Shown here piece by piece: positions 56,814 to 64,000 of a stretch of 64,000 bases of DNA; positions within the stretch are counted from its first letter, which is position 1; each line of letters starts with the position of its first letter. The notes beneath the pieces are model-generated. The model was not told the DNA's origin and made no database searches. It saw nothing but the letters and a program-made list of their open reading frames with translations. The stretch is from positions 2,198 through 66,197 of the forward strand of contig JBJKPE010000052.1 in assembly GCA_046706685.1 (NCBI GenBank), read 5' to 3'. A program made the position numbers and the translations under genes. The stretch comes from Thermodesulfovibrionales bacterium. Its GTDB lineage: Bacteria > Nitrospirota > Thermodesulfovibrionia > Thermodesulfovibrionales > UBA6898.

Positions 56814-59800
56814 TGCTCGAAAAGGTAATTGAATACTCCGTTAGAAACAGATTCATAGTAATACTTGCGACCTTTTTCGTGATACTCGCCGGTATTTATG
56901 CGCTTTCCAGGACGCCTCTGGACGCCATCCCCGATCTTTCGGATGTCCAGGTTATTGTGTTTACGAGTTACCCCGGCCAGGCCCCTGAGGTGGTGGAGCA
57001 GCAGGTCACATATCCCCTGACGACGGCGCTGCTTGCGGTTCCCGGGGCCAGGGTGGTCAGGGGTTATTCCTATTTCGGCCTTTCCTTCGTCTACATTATC
57101 TTCGAGGACGGCACCGACCTCTATTGGGCGAGGAGCCGCGTCCTTGAATACCTGAACTATGTGTCCGGCCGTCTTCCGAAAGGTGTCACGCCCTCTCTGG
57201 GTCCGGACGCCACAGGGGTCGGCTGGATTTACGAATACGCGTTGGTTGACAAGACCGGCCAGCATGACCTATCGCAGCTCCGGTCGATCCAGGACTGGTA
57301 TCTACGGTATGAGCTTACCTCGGTAGAGGGGGTTTCGGAAGTCGCTTCAGTAGGTGGTTTTGTGAAGCAGTACCAGGTGGAGATAGACCCCAACAAGCTT
57401 CTTGCCTACAACATCCCGCTGTCCAAAGTGAAGTCGGCGATCCAGCGCTCCAATATGGATGTCGGGGGCAAGACAGTGGAGATGGCGGAAACCGAGTATA
57501 TGGTGAGAGGTCTGGGGTACATCAGATCAATCCGTGACATCGAGGACATCCCCCTCGGGGTCGACAGGACCGGGACCCCGATTCTTATACGCGACGTGGC
57601 GACTGTGCATCTGGGGCCTGAGCTGCGCCGGGGGTTGTCCGAGCTGAACGGGCAGGGAGAAGTGGTAGGCGGCATCGTGATCATGCGCTACGGGGAAAAC
57701 GCGCTGGCGACGATACATAGGGTAAAGGAGAAGCTGAAGAGTCTTGAGGCCGGTCTGCCCCCGGGAGTCCGGGTAGTGCCGGTATACGACCGTTCGGGAC
57801 TGATCGAAAGGGCTGTACATACCCTTAACCACAAGCTCCTTGAGGAGTCTATAGTCGTGGCCCTTGTTTGTATTATCTTCCTCCTCCATTTCAGGTCCGC
57901 CTTTGTTGCCATCTTTACTCTTCCTCTGGGCATCCTCATGGCTTTTGTCGTCATGCACCTCCAGGGACTGAACGCGAACATCATGTCCCTCGGGGGCATC
58001 GCCATCGCCATAGGCGCCATGATCGACGCCGCAATAGTAATGATAGAGAATGCTCACAAGCACATGGAGAAGCATACGGGTGTGAAAGACCACTGGGCCG
58101 TCATCACCCTGTCGGCAAAGCAGGTGGGGCCGGCGCTCTTTTTCTCGCTGCTGATAATTACCTGCTCCTTTCTACCCATATTCTCTCTGCAGGCACAGGA
58201 AGGGAGATTGTTCAAGCCCCTTGCTTTTACGAAGACATATTCCATGGCGGCTGCCGCTATTCTCTCCGTTACCATTGTACCCGTGCTGATGGGATATTTC
58301 ATCAGGACCACCCTCCTGCCGGAAGCCTGGTCCCGGAGGAAGCAGAGGACTGTTTCTGCGGCGTCGGGTCTGGGGGTGTTCATCATTGTCTGGCTCTTGT
58401 CCTGGCTCTTTCCGCTGACCCTGCTGGGAGGTTTCGGCCTTCTCGTAGCGGTAGTACTCGGTGCCGTGGTATTCCTTGTCCTGTGGCCGCAGGCAGTCAG
58501 CCCGGAAGAGAAAAACCCTGTCAACAGGTTCCTTATCCGGATATACCGGCCGGCGATTCTGTGGGTGCTCAAACACAAGACCGCCACTATCGTGGGTGCA
58601 GTCGTTTTGGTGCTGACCCTGCTGCCCTTCCGCTCCCTGGTCGTCAACAGGCTGCCGGAAGGACCGTTGAGGTCCGCCGCGGAAAAGATAGATGCCGTCT
58701 TTCCCCTCGAAAAGCTCGGAGGAGAATTCATGCCTCCCCTTAATGAAGGAGACCTCCTCTATATGCCGACCACGCTGCCCGGCATCTCGATTACGACGGC
58801 AAGGGCATTGCTCCAGCAGACGGATAAGATAATAAAGAGCTTCCCGGAGATTGAATCCGTCTTCGGAAAGATAGGGCGGGCCGATACTGCGACCGATCCG
58901 GCCCCGTTGTCGATGATCGAAACGACCATAAGGCTTAAGCCTCAGGACCAGTGGAGAAAGGTGCCGGTAGAAAGGTTCTTCTCGGGCTGGCCCGGAATTC
59001 TTCGCCGGCCGCTCTCGGAGATATGGCCGCTTGAAAGGCCGATCAGCCAGCAGGAGCTGGTCAACGAGATGAACAAAGCAATTCGTTTTCCGGGCGTCAC
59101 CAATGCATGGACTATGCCTATCAAGACCAGGATAGATATGCTTGCCACGGGTATTAAGACGCCGGTGGGCATCAAGGTGATGGGCGACGATCTTAATACC
59201 CTTGCAACATTGGGAGAGGAGATCGAGTCGGCGGTCAGGAAGGTCCCGGGTACCCTCTCCGCGTACGCCGAGAGGGTGGTAGGCGGCTATTATTTCGATT
59301 ATGACATCGACCGCGAGGCGGCCGCCAGATACGGCCTGACAGTCGGGGACGTGGAGGACGTAATCCAGTCTGCAATAGGCGGGATGAACGTGGGGGAGAC
59401 CGTTGAGGGACTCGAAAGGTACCCGATAAACATCAGGTATCAGCGGGGTCTGAGAGAATCCATACCAAGCCTCGAACGCGTTCTTATAGCGACCCCGGCG
59501 GGAGCCCAGATACCCATAACCCAGGTCGCCCGCATAAGGGTCCACCAGGGGCCTGCAATGATAAAGAGCGAGAATTCGAGGCCGAGCGTCTGGATCTATG
59601 TAGATCTGCAGGGTTCGGATGTTGCGACTTATGTAAAGAGGGCGCAGAAGGCCATTGCGGGCAGCGTCAGTATCCCGCCCGGATATAACCTTGTGTGGTC
59701 GGGACAGTACGAGTATATGCAGAGGGCCAACAAGAGACTTGAGGTCGTGGTGCCTGTAACACTGCTGATTATTTTCCTTCTGCTGTACCTTAACTTCAGG

Positions 59801-60283
59801 AACGTAGCCGAGGCGCTTATCGTGATGCTCTCTCTCCCCTTCGCCATCGTGGGCGGCGTCTGGTTCATCTACCTTTTGGGATATAACATGAGCATAGCAG
59901 TGGGCGTGGGCTTCATCGCCCTTGCAGGCGTCGCAGCGGAGACAGGAGTTGTCATGCTTATCTACCTCGACGAAGAGCTTGCGAAAAAGATGCAGGAGAA
60001 GAACAATGTAATCAGCTATCACGATCTTTATGACGCCATTATCGTCGGGGCCGTCGAGAGGGTGAGGCCGAAGATGATGACAGTGACTGCCATCATGGCC
60101 GGCCTGCTGCCGATCTTCTGGGGGCAAGGCGCGGGCGCCGACACCATGCGGAGGATAGCAGCCCCGATGATAGGAGGCATGGTGTCTTCGACTATTCTCA
60201 CCCTGATAGTTATCCCGGCAATCTATGCCTTCTGGAAGAGCTGGGGCATCCGCAGGAGGGAGAGTAACTCCGGGAAGGCATAG
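56813..60283 (+). CDS. cusA: Cu(I)/Ag(I) efflux RND transporter CusA (HME-RND)
   Basis: The three Met of the CusA metal site are conserved in context (DLLYMPTTLPG, APLSMIETTI, RIDMLATGIK). The 1156-aa length is longer than typical because of insertions after TM6. Confidence 0.9.
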   Translation: MLEKVIEYSVRNRFIVILATFFVILAGIYALSRTPLDAIPDLSDVQVIVFTSYPGQAPEVVEQQVTYPLTTALLAVPGARVVRGYSYFGLSFVYIIFEDGTDLYWARSRVLEYLNYVSGRLPKGVTPSLGPDATGVGWIYEYALVDKTGQHDLSQLRSIQDWYLRYELTSVEGVSEVASVGGFVKQYQVEIDPNKLLAYNIPLSKVKSAIQRSNMDVGGKTVEMAETEYMVRGLGYIRSIRDIEDIPLGVDRTGTPILIRDVATVHLGPELRRGLSELNGQGEVVGGIVIMRYGENALATIHRVKEKLKSLEAGLPPGVRVVPVYDRSGLIERAVHTLNHKLLEESIVVALVCIIFLLHFRSAFVAIFTLPLGILMAFVVMHLQGLNANIMSLGGIAIAIGAMIDAAIVMIENAHKHMEKHTGVKDHWAVITLSAKQVGPALFFSLLIITCSFLPIFSLQAQEGRLFKPLAFTKTYSMAAAAILSVTIVPVLMGYFIRTTLLPEAWSRRKQRTVSAASGLGVFIIVWLLSWLFPLTLLGGFGLLVAVVLGAVVFLVLWPQAVSPEEKNPVNRFLIRIYRPAILWVLKHKTATIVGAVVLVLTLLPFRSLVVNRLPEGPLRSAAEKIDAVFPLEKLGGEFMPPLNEGDLLYMPTTLPGISITTARALLQQTDKIIKSFPEIESVFGKIGRADTATDPAPLSMIETTIRLKPQDQWRKVPVERFFSGWPGILRRPLSEIWPLERPISQQELVNEMNKAIRFPGVTNAWTMPIKTRIDMLATGIKTPVGIKVMGDDLNTLATLGEEIESAVRKVPGTLSAYAERVVGGYYFDYDIDREAAARYGLTVGDVEDVIQSAIGGMNVGETVEGLERYPINIRYQRGLRESIPSLERVLIATPAGAQIPITQVARIRVHQGPAMIKSENSRPSVWIYVDLQGSDVATYVKRAQKAIAGSVSIPPGYNLVWSGQYEYMQRANKRLEVVVPVTLLIIFLLLYLNFRNVAEALIVMLSLPFAIVGGVWFIYLLGYNMSIAVGVGFIALAGVAAETGVVMLIYLDEELAKKMQEKNNVISYHDLYDAIIVGAVERVRPKMMTVTAIMAGLLPIFWGQGAGADTMRRIAAPMIGGMVSSTILTLIVIPAIYAFWKSWGIRRRESNSGKA

Positions 60284-60394
60284 CCTTTCACAGCCCTTAC
60301 CACCCACGGGATTTCTTCACATTTTCTTCACGTTTCTCCTCTATGCTATGGATTAGTAATAATTCAGTTATGGATTTAACAGGGGGAAATATTA

Positions 60395-60428
60395 CCCGTG
60401 AGGGTCGGGACAGGCAGGCGCCGGGAAT
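60395..60428. repeat. Rearranged fragment of the 46747 MITE family
   Basis: cccgtgagggtcggga matches 46825-46841 with one indel. ggacaggcaggcgc is the exact reverse complement of 46769-46782, and cgggaat follows. Confidence 0.4.
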
Positions 60429-60512
60429 TATTCTTGCGGCAGCTTAATTCCACCGTAACTGAAGGGTTAGTTGGGCGGATTGATTTTCGAAACTTAAAGA
60501 ATGGAGGAGACT

Positions 60513-60740
60513 ATGTTTGAGGGACTTTTTCAGCCGATACATATGATAGTGATTCTGGCAATCGTGCTTCTGTTTTTCGGTCCCGGAAGATTGGGCGACC
60601 TCGGGTCCGGTCTCGGCAAGGGCATAAGAGAATTCAAAAAGGCCCTTAAGGACCAGGATGGGGAGAAAGAGGCGGTGCAGGTGAAGATTATCGAGAAGGA
60701 GACAGTGTCCCAGGAGGCGGTGGGAAAGAACCCTTCTTAA
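60513..60740 (+). CDS. tatA: Twin-arginine translocase subunit TatA/E
   Basis: MFEGLFQPIHMIVILAIVLLFFGPGRLGDLGSGLGKGIREFKKAL is the canonical TatA TM plus amphipathic helix. I moved the start to the ATG at 60513, after a GGAGGAG RBS. Confidence 0.85.
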   Translation: MFEGLFQPIHMIVILAIVLLFFGPGRLGDLGSGLGKGIREFKKALKDQDGEKEAVQVKIIEKETVSQEAVGKNPS

Positions 60741-61038
60741 TTTCACTCCCTTCCGTTTCACCGGTCATTATTTGTCCCCGTGAGATTATGGATCTTTTTT
60801 CCCATGGTTTATTTCTTTTCTTCGACCTTGAGCAGGTAACTGACTGACTTGTCTCGCCTGATCTCCCTGATCTTTCTGACAGGCACGGGCTGGAGCATGA
60901 GATCATCTGATACGTTGGCAATTTTGAATTTTAAGCCCCGGAGTTTGACTGAGTCCCGATACGGGGTATGATTATGAATAGAGCAGTGCGTAAGCGCCTG
61001 TCGGGGGATAAGGACAATCAACAGCAAAGGAGGATAAG

Positions 61039-61257
61039 ATGAAGAAAGGGGTAAGTTTATTTATAGCGTTGAGCCTCATGCTCGCATCTTATGGCTGCAT
61101 CTGGGATCACCGGGGGGATGCGTATCGAAACCATGAAGAGAACAGGGGACATAAAGAGTACAGGGAGCATGAGGAGCACAGAAACGACGGTCATGAGAAA
61201 GATCATCACGACAATAGGGATCAGGACGAGCACGGGGATTACGGCGGCCAGCATTAG
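61039..61257 (+). CDS. Small His/Asp/Glu-rich putative lipoprotein
   Basis: An AAGGAGG RBS precedes a signal peptide ending LMLASYGC. The mature ~52 aa contain about 10 His among D/E/R/N (HEENRGHKEYREHEEHRNDGHEKDHHDNRDQDEHG). Confidence 0.5.
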   Translation: MKKGVSLFIALSLMLASYGCIWDHRGDAYRNHEENRGHKEYREHEEHRNDGHEKDHHDNRDQDEHGDYGGQH

Positions 61258-62330
61258 GACGCGAAGAAGCCGATAACAATTATCTCATAAGGCAGGTTTT
61301 CCTTGAGAAGCCCGGGATCCTCATGGTATTTTGCGATTCTCCGCGAAATTTCGGCTAAATCGATCCGCGGTATCCCGTAGACATGCAGCCTGTCGCCGCG
61401 TTTGAGGTCCTTCACCACTTCTTCGGGAGGCGTATTTTTCATAAACACCATGCGAAGGCGTTTAACTAGAAGATTCCCCTTCAGATCTCTGACGGAGGCC
61501 GTCACAAACCTGCCGTCCGCCACGACAGTCTGGGGGGCATCGGCAATCTCCATTATGAATTCCACATCGTTGTACAGGCCTTTCCTCGTAACGATCGAGA
61601 CTGTCTTACTTTTCACCCTGAGGCTGCACGGAACCCCCTGATAGAGTTTGAAGACGGTATCTGCATTGCCAGGGCTGAAGCCTTTAACGGCATGAAAGGA
61701 ACCGAGGAGGCTTATTCCTCCTATACGAGTTACAGGGTGCATCTCAAAGACGTGGTCGGGATTGGCCGATTCCAACTGGTGAAGCTTCTCCCCCTGTTCC
61801 TCTTCGGCGGTCCCGGCATGCTCGGGCCAGAGTCTCCAGACACCCGAAATCTTGAGGGGACGACGTGTCCTGGCCGCAGCCTGTATCCGGTCCATCGCCT
61901 CTTTTTCGTAAGTGGCGTTCACTACCTCGCCCACAGTCGGCAGCCCCACTTGGCGTGTGCGCCCGGAGAAGTGAAAATCTCCGTCCATATAGGGAGGATT
62001 CGGCTGCTGCCAGGCCTCGTCCACACGAAAGGTTGTGTCGATAGTAACCCTGTTCCTGTACCGTTCAATAAAAGATTTATATATCTCGATCTCGATGCCC
62101 TCCGGAGAGAAATGGGAATTGACTTCCACATAGGCGACCATTGCTTCTCTGTAAAGGTATGCACAACCGGTGAGCAAAAATGAGGAGAAAAACAGTAAGA
62201 ACACGAACGCGGCGAATCTTAGTGGCGCGCTCAGGCGGCGGCATCCTGCGAAAGGCTTCATCATTTTGGAAAGACCGTATCTCGACCGGTGACTGTGACT
62301 GACGACTCTGCTGTTATCTGAAATAGCCAT
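61254..62330 (-). CDS. Hypothetical lipoprotein/membrane-anchored protein
   Basis: The 358-aa ORF lies 7 nt downstream of the mltF-like gene. A lipobox-like LLTGC follows a hydrophobic stretch, so the real start may be the ATG at 62264. I recognise no family. Confidence 0.55.
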   Translation of the reverse strand: MAISDNSRVVSHSHRSRYGLSKMMKPFAGCRRLSAPLRFAAFVFLLFFSSFLLTGCAYLYREAMVAYVEVNSHFSPEGIEIEIYKSFIERYRNRVTIDTTFRVDEAWQQPNPPYMDGDFHFSGRTRQVGLPTVGEVVNATYEKEAMDRIQAAARTRRPLKISGVWRLWPEHAGTAEEEQGEKLHQLESANPDHVFEMHPVTRIGGISLLGSFHAVKGFSPGNADTVFKLYQGVPCSLRVKSKTVSIVTRKGLYNDVEFIMEIADAPQTVVADGRFVTASVRDLKGNLLVKRLRMVFMKNTPPEEVVKDLKRGDRLHVYGIPRIDLAEISRRIAKYHEDPGLLKENLPYEIIVIGFFAS

Positions 62331-62337
62331 TGCCTTC

Positions 62338-63819
62338 CTATTTCGCCTCCAGGCGTTTGAGGCGTTTTTCCCGAATGATTCTTGCCGCCGATTTGTATGC
62401 TATGTAATACTTGTAAATATCGGCTACGTATTGGACTGTCTCCCAACCTGTCTCCCGTAGCGCAACTCTCTCTACATTGAAGAACCATTTGTTAGGGTCG
62501 AGGCCCATCCCGGCCGCTTTTCGTCGCAATTCTTCTATCCTGGCCGGCCCCGCATTGTATGCAGCGAGGGCAAAATCGATTTTGTCGGCGGGAAGTATGC
62601 CCGGGTCGTTGAAGTAGGTGTCCCGGAGATAGGCCAGATATTTTACGCCGGCGCGGATGTCGTTACTAACGGTGGCAACATTCCGAATCCCCATCTGATG
62701 AGCCGTCCCGGGTAGCATCTGCATAATTCCGACCGCGCCGGTCCTGCTCCTGGCATTCCGGTCCAGATGGGACTCCTGATAGGCCATGGCTGCGATCTTG
62801 AGCCAGTCGACGCCATAAACCTTAGCATATTTCTTGAAGTAAAACTGGTACTTGACCAGCTTCTGCCTCTCGGATTGTGCCAGCGGGTTCAGGATCCATC
62901 TTGTACTGCCGTAGTATTTGGAGAGCAGGATGTCGCTGAGCATCGGACCGCGGCGGGCTCTTGTGTTGATAAACTCGTTCAGACTGGCAAGAAGTTGGGG
63001 ATTCTGCTTTCTCACCGCCCAGGCGATGTCGGTGTCCTTATCGGGCAGAATGTCCTTCCGGACGACGATATCCGGAAGAAGACCTTTCCACAGGTCGGCA
63101 ATATACTCATCAACGACAGTTATCTTGAAGATTCCCGAGTTGACTATCTCCAGTAAATCTTCTGCCTCCAGTACCTTGTCTGTCTCTATGACACGGATTG
63201 GTCTCTGTCCTTCTTTGCGGAACCGCTTGTTCAGTTCCTTCAGGAGTTCTGCATAGCCGCTCCCAGCCACAACATGCACCGTCCTTCCCGACAGATCGTT
63301 GAGAGCGCGGAGCCCCGGTACATCCTTCCCTGCAACAATGACCTCTCTGACGCCCCTGATATAAGGGACCGTAAATGCGACGAGTTTTTCGCGTTCCGGC
63401 GTCACAGTGAGACCCGCTGCAATATCGCCTCTCCCCTCAATCAGAAGCGGTATTAGCTGCGCCCGGGGGACGGCAATGAAGACGACGAGGGGTTTGATGC
63501 TGTGTCGTCTGACCTTAGAGTCCAGGAATGTTTCGTAGTCATGTAATAGTTCGTACTCCATCCCCTGCGGATGCCCCTGAACCACTGCAAAATTTGTCTT
63601 GCTATAGGATACAAGTACCCGTATGGCGCGCCTGTCCTTGAGCGTTACGTCGAGATCTCCTTTCCACTGCTCGTTAAGACGGCTTACGAGGACGTCACCT
63701 CCCTTGTCTTTCCCTTCGGGGAAGGGAAGCCTTTCGGGCTGGCGGGAACATCCTGCGGCTGCAGCAAAAAGCGCCAGGAATAGCGTGAGACACCTTGTTA
63801 AGCCTCCGGATTTTTTCAT
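62338..63819 (-). CDS. mltF: Membrane-bound lytic murein transglycosylase F-like (SBP_bac_3 + SLT domains)
   Basis: A lipoprotein signal (LFAAAAGCS) is followed by a periplasmic solute-binding-type domain. The SLT domain carries the catalytic Glu context AMAYQESHLD and AAYNAGP. Confidence 0.8.
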   Translation of the reverse strand: MKKSGGLTRCLTLFLALFAAAAGCSRQPERLPFPEGKDKGGDVLVSRLNEQWKGDLDVTLKDRRAIRVLVSYSKTNFAVVQGHPQGMEYELLHDYETFLDSKVRRHSIKPLVVFIAVPRAQLIPLLIEGRGDIAAGLTVTPEREKLVAFTVPYIRGVREVIVAGKDVPGLRALNDLSGRTVHVVAGSGYAELLKELNKRFRKEGQRPIRVIETDKVLEAEDLLEIVNSGIFKITVVDEYIADLWKGLLPDIVVRKDILPDKDTDIAWAVRKQNPQLLASLNEFINTRARRGPMLSDILLSKYYGSTRWILNPLAQSERQKLVKYQFYFKKYAKVYGVDWLKIAAMAYQESHLDRNARSRTGAVGIMQMLPGTAHQMGIRNVATVSNDIRAGVKYLAYLRDTYFNDPGILPADKIDFALAAYNAGPARIEELRRKAAGMGLDPNKWFFNVERVALRETGWETVQYVADIYKYYIAYKSAARIIREKRLKRLEAK

Positions 63820-64000
63820 TTAAGAACCCCGCCATTGCTGTTTCTCAAAACAACAGGTGTCTTCGAATCCTCTCGTCCCATCACGCTCCTTTCCCATTAA
63901 AGATATATCAGAAGAGAGCACCGTCCGCAATTCACTTCCGGACATTCTTCCGGGTTTGCTGTCATTCTAATAACCTGCCCCGCTTACCGACCTTTACCCT

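Noticed and set aside
58172-60307. 711-aa minus-strand ORF, the longest unexplained ORF in the track
   Set aside because: It lies entirely antisense to cusA. Its composition is Arg/Gly/His/Pro-rich low complexity with no motifs. It is a shadow ORF of a GC-biased gene.
60809-61027. 72-aa minus-strand ORF between tatA and the His-rich gene
   Set aside because: It has no RBS, no signal or domain I can name, and an improbable N-terminus. The spacer might hide something shorter, but the evidence is insufficient.

Overview
This is a 64-kb chromosomal window from a diderm bacterium (it encodes BamA, TamB and TolC-type proteins). GC looks like roughly 50-55% by eye. The gene content (sigma-54/EBP parts, a UbiD-type decarboxylase, ihfA-merR-tRNA-Pro, CstA) is reminiscent of Desulfobacterota- or Nitrospirota-like anaerobes, but the lineage cannot be fixed without searches. 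I count about 55 supportable protein genes and one tRNA-Pro(GGG). I found no rRNA, CRISPR array, integrase or transposase. The backbone includes TPR, epimerase and YihY genes. A sigma-54 two-component system sits upstream of a USP-TauE-TIGR02186-USP operon. Further backbone genes are glnD-tamB-bamA-surA-like, a cysteine synthase, ubiD, ihfA-merR-tRNA-Pro-rplU-rpmA-obg, cstA, a B12/radical-SAM gene, dksA, an MFS pump and an mltF-like gene. Two accessory blocks stand out. (1) At 35.9-44.3 kb, a type I R-M locus has expanded into a co-directional, overlapping gene string: Zn-ribbon ORF, hsdM, hsdS, zeta/COG4185-like P-loop kinase, 59-aa partner, hsdR, radC(JAB), Phd-like antitoxin, then a decayed toxin. 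The kinase pair occupies the same hsdS/hsdR slot as PrrC in the E. coli prr locus, and this is my best candidate for an undescribed defence module. (2) At 47.0-61.3 kb lies a Cu(I)/Ag(I) export supercluster with no regulator in sight. It contains two secreted proteins with Met/Gly-rich N-termini and a protein of about 27% Met. These are followed by a YHS-HMBD-HMBD CopA, DUF2127, a FixH/YtkA-like gene, a CusC-like gene, a MITE, CusB with a C-terminal extension, CusA with an extra hydrophobic insertion, tatA and a His-rich lipoprotein. Other points are a sub-threshold 55-aa YHS ORF translationally coupled to a PII-like gene, and an in-frame MITE-like insertion in hsdM. There is also a near-consensus sigma-54 promoter with repeated CTGTTTCA sites, and a truncated VOC gene remnant. 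All functional calls come from motif and family recognition by eye. No database search, alignment program or RNA-folding tool was run.
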